Assembly (NCBI GenBank): GCA_963674965.2
Contig: CAXXFL010000003.1
Span: 480,001-544,000, forward strand
DNA: 64,000 nucleotides
Reading direction: 5' to 3'
From: a bacterium
Lineage (GTDB): Bacteria; RBG-13-61-14; DATKZS01
The notes under the pieces were generated by a model. It saw only the letters and a program-made list of their open reading frames with translations, was not told the origin of the DNA and did not search any database. Of the stretch, positions 10,001 through 18,358 are shown in pieces. Position numbers and translations under genes: made by a program. Positions within the stretch are counted from its first letter, which is position 1, and every line of letters starts with the position of its first letter.

Positions 10001-13000
10001 CCAACCTGGACGGAGACTCCCTTGGAGACCTCTGCGACGACGACGACGACAATGACGGCGTGAGCGACGGCGCGGACAACTGCCCGGCCCTTTCCAACCC
10101 CGGCCAGGAAAACGCCGACGGCGACTCCCTGGGCGACGCCTGCGACGACTGCCCCTACGACCCCGACAATGACGCGGACGCGGACGGAGTATGCGGAGAC
10201 GCGGACAACTGCCCGGCCCTCTACAATCCGAACCAGTCCAACCTGGACGGAGACTCCCTTGGAGACCTCTGCGACGACGACGACGACAATGACGGCGTGA
10301 GCGACGGCGTGGACAACTGCCCGGCCCTTTTCAACCCCGGCCAGGAAAACGCCGACGGGGACTCCCTGGGCGACGCCTGCGACGATTGCCCCTACGACCC
10401 CGACAATGACGCGGACGCGGACGCAGTATGCGGAGACGTGGACAACTGCCCGGCCCTTTTCAACACCGGCCAGGAAAACGCCGACGGCGACTCCCTGGGC
10501 GACGCCTGCGACGATTGTCCCTACGACACCGATAATGACGCGGACGAGGACGGAGTATGCGGAGACGCGGACAACTGCCCGGCCCTCTACAATCCGAACC
10601 AGTCCAACCTGGACGGAGACTCTCTTGGAGACCTCTGCGACGACGACGACGACAATGACGGCGTGAGCGACGGCGCGGACAACTGCCCGGCCCTTTCCAA
10701 CCCCGGCCAGGAAAACGCCGACGGCGACTCCCTGGGCGACGCCTGCGACGACTGCCCCTACGACACCGATAATGACTCGGACGAGGACGGAGTATGCGGA
10801 GACGCGGACAACTGCCCGGCCCTCTACAATCCGAACCAGTCCAACCTGGACGGAGACTCTCTTGGAGACCTCTGCGACGACGACGACGACAATGACGGCG
10901 TGAGCGACGGCGTGGACAACTGCCCGGCCCTTTCCAACCCCGGCCAGGAAAACGCCGACGGCGACTCCCTGGGTGACGCCTGCGACGACGACGACGACAA
11001 CGACGGCATGCCCGACGCGTGGGAGAACGCCTATTCCTGCATGATGCCGAACACGGTTGACGACGCGGCCAATCCCGACGGCGACGCCTTTGCCAACCTC
11101 GAGGAATATCAGAATAACGGCGACCCCTGCTCGATCGCCGCCTGCAGCGACGGAGTGGACAACGACGGCGACACATTTATAGACCTTCTCGATCCGGGCT
11201 GCGACGACCTTTCGGACGGCGACGAGTTGAGTACTGCCGCGTGCGACAACGGACTCGACGACGATAGCGACGGCCATACCGATTACCCCGACGACCCCGA
11301 GTGCTCCTCGCCAAGCGACGATTCCGAGTTTACGTTCATCGCGCCGGAACTGGTGGGAACCTACAATTCTTCGGACCATGCCTGGGACGTGTCCGTCTCC
11401 AACGGATACGCCTACATGGCCGGCTATGATACGGGTCTCGCGATAATAGACGTCTCCGATCCCTCGAGTCCTTCCCTGCTAGGCCAATATTACACGAGTC
11501 AGGCCTTTGACGTTCAGGTTATCGGCCAATACGCTTACGTGGCCGATGGAACCTCGGGCCTCCGAATAATCGACGTCTCAAGCCCGGCCAGCCCCGCATT
11601 AACCGGAACTTACGACACGGATTACGCCAGTGGAGCCTTCTTCGCTGGAAATTACGCTTACGTCGCCGACCACTCTTTGGGCCTGCGAATAATAAACGTC
11701 GTCAACCCGGCGCATCCTATACATATAAGCAGTTATAACACTTCCGGCACGTCTTGCGCGGTTCACGTAATTGGCGCATACGCATATCTGGCCGACGGGT
11801 ATCGGGGGCTCCAAATAATAAACGTGGCCAGTCCGGCCAGCCCGACCTTGGTCTCGACCTGCGACACTCCTTCTTACGCTCGGGGAGTTTACGTTTCGGG
11901 AAATTACGCCTACGTGGCGGACAAGGACTCGGGGCTTCAGATCATCGACGTCTCGAACCCGGCCAGCCCGAACCTGGTCGGCTCCTACGACACTCCCGGA
12001 TCTTCATACGACGTCGAGGTTGCCTCGAATCTGGCCTTTGTCGCGGATTACGAATCCGGCCTCCAAATCATCGACGTCTCCACGCCGGCCAATCCAACGT
12101 TGGTCGGCTTCTATGACACTCCTGGAAAGGCGCAGGGGGTCTACTATTTGAAAGGTTACGCTTACGTGGCCGACGGGCAGTCGGGCCTCCAGATCATCCT
12201 TGTCGACGACGCTGATCAAGATGGAGATGGGATGATAGATATATGGGAAAACGCTTATGACTGCATGATGCCCGACACGGTGGACGACGCGGAGGATTAC
12301 GACGCGGACTCCGTGATTAACTCGCAGGAATACTCCCTCGGCCTAGATCCCTGCGACCCGGACACGGATAATGGAGGCGAGAGCGACGGCACGGAAATCT
12401 CCCTGGGCCACAACCCGGTTGATCAAAACGACGACGACCATGACCTTGACGGAATGCCGAGCGTCTGGGAAAACGCTTTTGACTGCATGATGGCCGACAC
12501 GGTGGACGACGCGGAGGATTACGACGCGGACTCCGTGATTAACTCGCAGGAATACTCCCTCGGCCTCGATCCCTGCGACCCGGACACGGACGACGGCGGC
12601 GAAAACGACGGGAGCGAGGTGGCCGCCGGGCGCGACCCGCGCGATCCCGACGACGACGATAACGACGAAGACTCCCTTACCAACGCCTGGGAGTTCGCCT
12701 ATCCCTGCATGATGGCCAACACGGTGGACGCCGAGGTGGACTATGACGGCGATGGCTTATGGAACGTCGAGGAGTCCTACCCCTCCAATAACACCGACCC
12801 CTGCGATCCCGACACGGACGGCGGCGGCGAGAGCGACGGGAGCGAGGTTATAAACGCCCGCGATCCTCTCGACCCATCCGACGACGCGTTCATCGACGGC
12901 GACGGCGACGGCATGCCCGACGGATGGGAATTGACCTTCGCCTGCGTGATGGTTGACGGGGTGGACGACGCGGTGGACGCGGACGGCGACGGGCTGGACA

Positions 13001-13842
13001 ATTACGATGAGTACATTGTTACCACTGATCCTTGTCATTGGGACTCGGACGGCGACGGCTTGCCGGACGGTTTCGAGGTTGACAACTCGGTAGGGCACGG
13101 GGATACGGGGCTGGACCCGCTGTCGGCGGGCGACGGGCTGGGGGCGGACTTTGACGGGGACGGGATCGAGAACGCGCACGAGTACTATAATGGGACTGAT
13201 ATATGGGAGATGGACGTGACGGGCGGGGCGTCATGTTTTAGCTGGGGCGACGCGGGGAATACCGTGTCGGCCGACGGATTGGTGTCTCCTCTTGACATGA
13301 CGGCGCTGAAGAACCGGATCATCGGCAACGACGCGTCCTACTTGGGAGTGTTGCCCCCCAACGGCGACAGCCAGCGCATGATGGGCGACCCGGCGGGAGT
13401 CTCGCCCCTGGACCTCTCCGTGATACAGGCCATAATCAGCGGAAACGACACGGCCTCGAACCCCACCATCCCCACCGACCTGGTGGTGGACGGCGCCACT
13501 TCTCGAAGCGTGGCCGAGGGCGCGACCACGCGGGTGACCGTGAGCGTTATCAACTCCTCGGCCATCGGCTACTCGTCCTCCTTCGGCGTGGTCTTCGAGA
13601 TCGACCCGAGATCGACCGGCGCGGCCACCCTCCTCGGCGGCGAGGGCCCGAGCGGGACGGGACGCTATGACGTCTCCGGCGCCATGGACGCGGGCGGCCT
13701 CGCGTCCATCGTCGTCCGCGTCGATGCCCCCGGCACGATCTATATAAACGCGACTATCCCACCCTGCGGAGACCAGTCGGGCAAGGGTCGCTACTGTCCG
13801 GAAATCGAAAAAGCGCCGGCGGTGACCATAGTGGGTTATTAA
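7027..13842 (+). CDS. Giant secreted/surface Ca-binding protein 2 (2271 aa): N-terminal beta-propeller-like domain, LVIVD repeats, thrombospondin type-3 repeat array, dockerin-like + Ig-like C-terminus
   Basis: Signal peptide (LLLTFALLVILFPRAALS); two LVIVD blocks; DNCP..NP.Q.N.DGDSLGDAC TSP3 repeats; C-terminal ~290 aa paralogous to gene 769-6924. Confidence 0.9.
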   Translation: MKNGARRESGRKAFGLIPLLLTFALLVILFPRAALSLPPWQGPNVIHPGVSVCDAGFYKNPTIGVAEDSEGNLHAVWYDCDSERENTHVYYSRKDAAGWSAPEAVTPAPADTEELANLRIDVDGNGRPVVMWSIGSVYQTVDSSVFRVKTISGWTAGPDEISCLVSDFAVSNGNTVYAAAGDFSMYALYWNGSQWVQIPGLELAAGMHPWSGTPASYGIDVTDDGFLHLAYIYSRTPNYLRYYRWRSDTGWESSYVLSVGDSSCFPLLAQSKIQVDETGIAWMLSYTECTMGLGGDYYHGLVSGNSPGIPTTWTNRTTSVGSNIWASDVAVGPNGSAALSVGSQVTFYLEDGTHSSSPASGLQGTQALFVGGGYHLVAGSGQGIVEYYMPVLDADADGMLDDWENTYSCVMANTVDDEANPDGDAYTNLEEFINNGDPCSVAECSDGTDNDGDTYADLLDPGCDDLSDNDELGAVMCDNGIDDDGDGYTDYPDDFNCTSPAYASERVNISPQFVGSENTSYYALDVVVSDGYAYVADGSWGLRVIDISSPESPSLVATYDTDYARGVKVKGNYAYVAEGYVGLRIIDVSAPASPSLVATYGTGDARGVYVAGNYAYVADYDGLRIIDVTDPATPSLVGAYESYSASSVHVMGEYAYLAKDFGLQVIGVSNPAGPSLVGSYNTPLFSPKGIYASGNYAYLVCGSKGLQIFDVSNPAAPTLVGSYDTSGEAYDVHVEEGLAFVADDSSGLLIFDVFNPANPALVASYNTPGQSRGVYFSAGYAYVADYHEGLQIIFIDGWDTDGDGMPDDWENAYSCMMAYTVDGGVDYDVDGLTNLEEYHLDFDPCDPDMDEDGDLDGADNCPLISNAGQENADGDSLGNACDDCPYDPDNDADADGVCGDADNCPVLYNPNQSNLDGDSLGDLCDDDDDNDGVSDGADNCPALSNPGQENADGDSLGDACDDCPYDPDNDADADAVCGDVDNCPVLYNPNQSNLDGDSLGDLCDDDDDNDGVSDGADNCPALSNPGQENADGDSLGDACDDCPYDPDNDADADGVCGDADNCPALYNPNQSNLDGDSLGDLCDDDDDNDGVSDGVDNCPALFNPGQENADGDSLGDACDDCPYDPDNDADADAVCGDVDNCPALFNTGQENADGDSLGDACDDCPYDTDNDADEDGVCGDADNCPALYNPNQSNLDGDSLGDLCDDDDDNDGVSDGADNCPALSNPGQENADGDSLGDACDDCPYDTDNDSDEDGVCGDADNCPALYNPNQSNLDGDSLGDLCDDDDDNDGVSDGVDNCPALSNPGQENADGDSLGDACDDDDDNDGMPDAWENAYSCMMPNTVDDAANPDGDAFANLEEYQNNGDPCSIAACSDGVDNDGDTFIDLLDPGCDDLSDGDELSTAACDNGLDDDSDGHTDYPDDPECSSPSDDSEFTFIAPELVGTYNSSDHAWDVSVSNGYAYMAGYDTGLAIIDVSDPSSPSLLGQYYTSQAFDVQVIGQYAYVADGTSGLRIIDVSSPASPALTGTYDTDYASGAFFAGNYAYVADHSLGLRIINVVNPAHPIHISSYNTSGTSCAVHVIGAYAYLADGYRGLQIINVASPASPTLVSTCDTPSYARGVYVSGNYAYVADKDSGLQIIDVSNPASPNLVGSYDTPGSSYDVEVASNLAFVADYESGLQIIDVSTPANPTLVGFYDTPGKAQGVYYLKGYAYVADGQSGLQIILVDDADQDGDGMIDIWENAYDCMMPDTVDDAEDYDADSVINSQEYSLGLDPCDPDTDNGGESDGTEISLGHNPVDQNDDDHDLDGMPSVWENAFDCMMADTVDDAEDYDADSVINSQEYSLGLDPCDPDTDDGGENDGSEVAAGRDPRDPDDDDNDEDSLTNAWEFAYPCMMANTVDAEVDYDGDGLWNVEESYPSNNTDPCDPDTDGGGESDGSEVINARDPLDPSDDAFIDGDGDGMPDGWELTFACVMVDGVDDAVDADGDGLDNYDEYIVTTDPCHWDSDGDGLPDGFEVDNSVGHGDTGLDPLSAGDGLGADFDGDGIENAHEYYNGTDIWEMDVTGGASCFSWGDAGNTVSADGLVSPLDMTALKNRIIGNDASYLGVLPPNGDSQRMMGDPAGVSPLDLSVIQAIISGNDTASNPTIPTDLVVDGATSRSVAEGATTRVTVSVINSSAIGYSSSFGVVFEIDPRSTGAATLLGGEGPSGTGRYDVSGAMDAGGLASIVVRVDAPGTIYINATIPPCGDQSGKGRYCPEIEKAPAVTIVGY
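9607..11005 (+). repeat. Tandem 237-bp (79-aa) TSP3 repeat array
   Basis: Near-identical units start at 9607, 9844, 10081, 10318 (129-bp short unit), 10447, 10684 and 10921 (partial). Confidence 0.92.
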
Positions 13843-13886
13843 CGGGGCAAGGGGGAAATAGTACGTCCATTTGCTTTGTGGACATC

Positions 13887-13929
13887 CAGCCCGCGGCTTC
13901 GCCGCCCACGCAATATGCGTGGGGGACCC
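13887..13929 (+). repeat. REP-like repeat family copy (single arm)
   Basis: CAGCCCGCGGCTTCGCCGCCCACGC-AATAT-GCGTGGGGGACCC; the first 30 nt are identical to 53896-53925. Confidence 0.8.
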
Positions 13930-13945
13930 TGCAATAAAACCATGG

Positions 13946-13971
13946 ATGGCGCGGATAGCTATCCGCGCCAT
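13946..13971. terminator. Perfect 26-bp palindrome between convergent genes; possible bidirectional terminator
   Basis: ATGGCGCGGATAG|CTATCCGCGCCAT; no clear U-tract. Confidence 0.5.
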
Positions 13972-14010
13972 AACCCGCCTTCCTCGGGGAAAGCCGTCCG
14001 GCGATGAATT

Positions 14011-15240
14011 CTACTCGTAGACTTTTTCCGACTCGAGGTGGGCGTTGAGCGCGTCGGCCTCCATGTCCCTTTTGTCCTTCATGAGCTCGCCCAGTTCCTG
14101 GTAGTACTCGTGCTGGATGAGGAGGCTCATGATCTCCGAGGTCCCGGTCCATATGAAGCTGAGCCTGATGTCCCGAAGCGCCCGCTCGATGGGATACACG
14201 TCGGTGTAGCCGATGCCGCCCATCATCTGCATGGCGTTGTTCACGACCTCCCAGGCCGTCTCGGTGCAGAACTTCTTGGCCTCGCTGACCATCCGGCGGT
14301 GGGGCTTGCCCTGGTCCACCGTCCTGGCCGCGGCGAAGGCTATGCCCCTGGCCGCGTCGAGCTTGGTGATCGAGTCGGCGAGCATGAAGCTCACGGCCTG
14401 GAACTTGCGGATGGGCTTGCCGAAGGCCTTGCGCTTCATGGTGTAATTGGCGGCCACGTCCAGTGCGGCCTGGGCCCCGCCGATGGCCCCGCCGGCCGAG
14501 GTCATGCGCTCGGGGATCATCATCTGGTTGAACACCAGCGCCCCGCCGTTCTCGGGACCGACCATGTTCTCGCCCGGCACCCGAATCTCGTGGAAGCCTA
14601 TCCGGCCAGTGCCGCCGCCGCGCGTTCCCATCAGCCCGAATATATGCTCGACCTCGACGCCCCGTTCCCTCTCGACGATGAAAACCGAGAGGGACGCGTG
14701 GGGCGGGGCCTCGGGGGCCGTCTTGGCGTAGACCAGGAAAAAGTCCGCGCCCTCGGCGCCCACGATAAAGCGCTTGGCCCCCGTCAGTATCCAGTCGTTT
14801 CCGTCCTTCTTGGCCACGGTGGTGGCGCCGAAGAAGTCCGACCCGCCGCGGGGCTCGGTCAGGGCCTCAGCCGACACCATCTCGCCCTTCAGCATGGGCA
14901 CGAGGAACTTTTGCTTTTGTTCCTCCGTCCCGAAGTTGGTAAGGGCCTCGCCCACGATCGAGGGCATCGAGTACTGGCAGCCCAGGACCATGCCGAGGGG
15001 ACCGATCTCCTGGAGAGCCGCCATCTCGGCGGTCCAGCCCATGCCCTTGCCCCCGTATTCCTTTGGAAAGCGAAGGCCGTAAAGCCCGGCGTCGGCCACC
15101 TTCTTATGGAAGCCGTAAGGAAAGACGACCTTCTCCTGGTCCATGTCCTTCAAAAGCTGAGGGTCGATCTCGTCCTTGACGAACTTTCTCGCCCTGTCCC
15201 TGACCTCCCTCTCCTCCGCCGTCAATAATACGTCCAACAT
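14011..15240 (-). CDS. Acyl-CoA dehydrogenase
   Basis: ALTEPRGGSD, WILTGAKRFI, RKAFGKPI..FQAV, MGGIGYT..YPIERALRD motifs. Confidence 0.93.
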   Translation of the reverse strand: MLDVLLTAEEREVRDRARKFVKDEIDPQLLKDMDQEKVVFPYGFHKKVADAGLYGLRFPKEYGGKGMGWTAEMAALQEIGPLGMVLGCQYSMPSIVGEALTNFGTEEQKQKFLVPMLKGEMVSAEALTEPRGGSDFFGATTVAKKDGNDWILTGAKRFIVGAEGADFFLVYAKTAPEAPPHASLSVFIVERERGVEVEHIFGLMGTRGGGTGRIGFHEIRVPGENMVGPENGGALVFNQMMIPERMTSAGGAIGGAQAALDVAANYTMKRKAFGKPIRKFQAVSFMLADSITKLDAARGIAFAAARTVDQGKPHRRMVSEAKKFCTETAWEVVNNAMQMMGGIGYTDVYPIERALRDIRLSFIWTGTSEIMSLLIQHEYYQELGELMKDKRDMEADALNAHLESEKVYE

Positions 15241-15253
15241 CAGTCATTCCTCC

Positions 15254-16090
15254 CTATTTTTTTTCAGAGCCGATTTCCATGGCCCTTCTTCTCAGGGCCT
15301 CGAGTTCATCCTCGGCGAGCGAGAACTTGCCCAGCTCGCCCTCGCTCCTGTCCTTGCCGTGCCAGTCGGACCCGCCCGAGACTAAAAGCCCCCTCGAGTC
15401 CGCGAACCATCTCAGCCAGGACCGCATGTCCTCATCCAGCTTGGGATGCACCACCTCGACCGCGTCCAGGCCCATGCGCGCCACGCCCTCCACGTGCTCG
15501 CGCTGCGGCCCTCCCACCAGGGGGTGGGCCAGCGCCGCCAGGCCGCCGGCCGAGTGGATCACCTCGATGGCCTCGGCGGGATCGAACTTGAGGCGGGGAA
15601 CGTAGGCGGGCCCGTCCTTGCCGATGTACTTCTGGAAGGCCTCCTTGTAGGTCTTCACCACCCCCGCCTCGATCAGGGCCTTGGCCACGTGCGGACGGCC
15701 CACGCCGCCCTTGCCCTTGGCCGCCAGGACGTCTTCCATGGAAATCCCGAGCCCCAGGGCCTTAAGCTTCTCGACCATCCTCTCGCCCCTTTTATGCCTC
15801 TCCTCCATCACCCGCTCCGTGACCCTATCAAGGGCGGGATGGTCAGGATCGATCCACAGCCCGACCAGGTGGACCTCGACCGACTTGAAGCGGCTCGATA
15901 TCTCGACGCCGGGCACTATATCGAGGCCCAGCCTCTCGCCCTCGATCACGGCTTCTTTCACCCCCGCGGCGGTCTCGTGGTCGGTAATCGCCAGGATCGT
16001 GACTCCCGCGTCCCGAGCGGCCTGGACCAGTTCCGCGGGCGACTGTTTCCCGTCCGAGTAGTGGGTGTGGGAATGAAGGTCGCTGATCAT
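15254..16090 (-). CDS. PHP-domain metallophosphoesterase (TrpH/YciV-like)
   Basis: DLHSHTHYSDG, AITDHET, PGVEIS, GRPHVA, LAHP, GGSDWHG. Confidence 0.92.
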   Translation of the reverse strand: MISDLHSHTHYSDGKQSPAELVQAARDAGVTILAITDHETAAGVKEAVIEGERLGLDIVPGVEISSRFKSVEVHLVGLWIDPDHPALDRVTERVMEERHKRGERMVEKLKALGLGISMEDVLAAKGKGGVGRPHVAKALIEAGVVKTYKEAFQKYIGKDGPAYVPRLKFDPAEAIEVIHSAGGLAALAHPLVGGPQREHVEGVARMGLDAVEVVHPKLDEDMRSWLRWFADSRGLLVSGGSDWHGKDRSEGELGKFSLAEDELEALRRRAMEIGSEKK

Positions 16091-16099
16091 GGGCCCGGC

Positions 16100-17185
16100 C
16101 TAGCCCGCCACCTCGAGCATTCTTCGAAGGGCCAGGGCCGCGTTCTCCTTTACCTCGTCCGTCACCGTCACCCGGTTGACCCGGTTGTCAGGACCCGCCG
16201 CCAGGGAGTCCATTACCCAGGCCATGTTCCTCAGGTTGATCTTGTACATGTTCGGGCACATCGAGCGGGCGAGGGGCACGACCTTCTTGTCGCCCTCGTA
16301 AAGCCTCGTCAGGCGGTCCACCAGGTGGACCTCCGTGCCCACCACCGCCGTGGAGCCGGAGGGAAGGCCGGCCACGTAGTTTATTATGCCCTCGGTGCTG
16401 CCCGAGGCGTCGGCCGCGTCAACCACCGGTTTGGGGCACTCGGGATGCACGATGACCTTGCAGCCGGGAAGCTCGTTCCTCTTCTTCCCGATCATCTCGG
16501 CGGTGAAATTGGTATGGACGTGGCAATATCCCTTCCAGACGATGACCGACGCCTCCCGGACCTTCTCGGCCGCGAGACCGCCGCCGGGCAGGGCCGGGTC
16601 CCACACGGCCGCCGGGCCCAGGCCCAGCTTGCTCGCCGAGTTGGTCCCCAAATGCTCGTCGGGCATGAAGAAGATTTTGCTCTTTTCCTTCAAGGCCCAG
16701 GAAAAGATCTTCTCCGCGTTCGAGCTGGTACAGGTCGCGCCGCCCCTGGCCCCGCAAAAGGCCTTAACCGCTCCCGTCGAGTTGACGTAGGTTATGGGCG
16801 CCACCTCATTGACCTCGACCGTCTCGGCCAGTTCCTTCCACGCTCTCTCGACCTCGGCGATGGGCGCCATGTCGGCCATGGGACAGCCGGCCTCGAGCGC
16901 CGGCGAGAAGACCGCCTGGTCCAGCCGCGCCAGGATGGCCGCGCTCTCCGCCATGAAATGGACCCCGCAGAAGACGATGTACCGCGCCGTCTCGTCCTCG
17001 GCCGCGTCCTTGGACAGCTTGAAGGAGTCGCCGCTCTTGTCGCCCAGATCGACTATCTCCTGTCTCTGGTAGTGGTGGGTCAGGACCAAAAGGTCCCGGC
17101 CCAGGTCGGCCTTGATCCTTTTAATCCGGGAGGCCAGTTCCTCTTCCGGTTCTTCCAGGTATTTGTCGGGCATTACTTCCTTCAT
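16100..17185 (-). CDS. nadA: Quinolinate synthase
   Basis: HHYQR, GDSFKLS, FCGVHFMAESA, AGCPMADMA, YVNS, CTSSNA, PDEHLG, CHVH, VHPEC, CPNM; ATG 17185 with GGAG RBS preferred over 17233. Confidence 0.95.
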   Translation of the reverse strand: MKEVMPDKYLEEPEEELASRIKRIKADLGRDLLVLTHHYQRQEIVDLGDKSGDSFKLSKDAAEDETARYIVFCGVHFMAESAAILARLDQAVFSPALEAGCPMADMAPIAEVERAWKELAETVEVNEVAPITYVNSTGAVKAFCGARGGATCTSSNAEKIFSWALKEKSKIFFMPDEHLGTNSASKLGLGPAAVWDPALPGGGLAAEKVREASVIVWKGYCHVHTNFTAEMIGKKRNELPGCKVIVHPECPKPVVDAADASGSTEGIINYVAGLPSGSTAVVGTEVHLVDRLTRLYEGDKKVVPLARSMCPNMYKINLRNMAWVMDSLAAGPDNRVNRVTVTDEVKENAALALRRMLEVAG

Positions 17186-17377
17186 GATACAACTCCAATC
17201 GGGTGGGAACGGAATTTTTTGGGGATGGAACAAAGCGGCGAAGTCCGCCGCCTCGCGCCAGGATTGAAACCGCTCCTGACCTATTTATAACACAAGCGGG
17301 GGACCGGATAAATCGGCCCGCCTTTGCTCGCCCCCCGCTCCTTTAATCCTTGGCCTCGCGTGTTATATAATGGGCGC

Positions 17378-18313
17378 ATGAATTCGGGAGAAGCGATCAG
17401 CCCGCTCGAGCGGCTCAGGTGTCTCATCGCTGGGCTGGAGGGGACCAGTCCGGAGTTCTGGACCAAGGTCGCGGCCACGGTCCTGGTCGTCCTTTCCCTG
17501 GCCCTCGTTCATCGTCTGATCGTGCATCTGGTCTTTAAGAGGACCGAGAACGTAAGGGCCCGCTATCGGTGGCAGAAGTCCTCGGGCTACATCATCGTCG
17601 TGGCCGGGCTGGCGCTGGCCGGGGCCGTCTGGTTCGCCGAGCTTAGGGCCATCGGCACTTTCCTGGGCCTGGTCTCGGCGGGCATGGCCATCGCCCTCCG
17701 CGACCTGGTGGCCAACTTCGCGGGCTGGACCTTCATCCTCTGGCGCCGGCCCTTCGAGCTGGGAGACAGGGTCGAGATAGCCGGCGTCTCGGGAGACGTT
17801 ATCGACATCAGGCTTTTCGAGTTTACCCTGATGGAGATCGGCAACTGGGTGGCGGCCGACCAGAGCACGGGCCGGGTGTACCATATTCCGAACGGGAAGG
17901 TGCTGGGGGAGCCGCTGGCCAATTACACCAAGGGCTTCAGGTTCCTGTGGAACGAGCTTAAGGTGAGGGTCACCTTCGAGAGCGACTGGGAGAGGGCCAA
18001 GGTCCTGCTCCAGGAGATCGCGGAGAAGCACGCTCACGGGATGACGGACGAGGCGGAAAAGATCATCAAGGAAAGCGCCAGACAATACCTTATCATCTAC
18101 AGCAAGCTCACGCCCATCGTTTACACCAGGGTCACGGACTGGGGCGTTCTTTTGACCGTGAGATACCTTTGCCTTCCCCGCCGGCGGCGCGACACGGAGC
18201 AGGCGATCTGGGAGGACGCGCTCCGCGCCTTCAAGGCGGCCGAGAACATCGAGTTCGCTTATCCCACGGGAAGAATAGTGAGCCAGGGGGCCGAGCTTTG
18301 CGGCGAGGAATGA
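17378..18313 (+). CDS. Small-conductance mechanosensitive channel family protein
   Basis: Three TM segments then AIALRDLVANFAG..ILWRRPFELGDRVEI..GDVIDI, IPNG, IEFAYPT; ATG 17378 directly after a TATAAT box. Confidence 0.9.
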   Translation: MNSGEAISPLERLRCLIAGLEGTSPEFWTKVAATVLVVLSLALVHRLIVHLVFKRTENVRARYRWQKSSGYIIVVAGLALAGAVWFAELRAIGTFLGLVSAGMAIALRDLVANFAGWTFILWRRPFELGDRVEIAGVSGDVIDIRLFEFTLMEIGNWVAADQSTGRVYHIPNGKVLGEPLANYTKGFRFLWNELKVRVTFESDWERAKVLLQEIAEKHAHGMTDEAEKIIKESARQYLIIYSKLTPIVYTRVTDWGVLLTVRYLCLPRRRRDTEQAIWEDALRAFKAAENIEFAYPTGRIVSQGAELCGEE

Positions 18314-18358
18314 CGAGTCGGGAACTGCCCGGGCCGACGGGCGTGCAGAGGCGCTCCA

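Noticed and set aside
9607-11005. Regularly spaced repeats as a CRISPR array
   Set aside because: Units are in-frame coding repeats of 237 bp with no unique spacers, and there are no cas genes
6325-13842. Paralogous C-termini as DGR template/variable repeats
   Set aside because: Both copies are coding, differences are not adenine-specific, and no reverse transcriptase is present
18311-18358. UGA read-through fusing MscS to the in-frame GT-C gene
   Set aside because: MscS is complete at the stop, the linker is not protein-like, and the downstream gene has its own GAGG-TTG start
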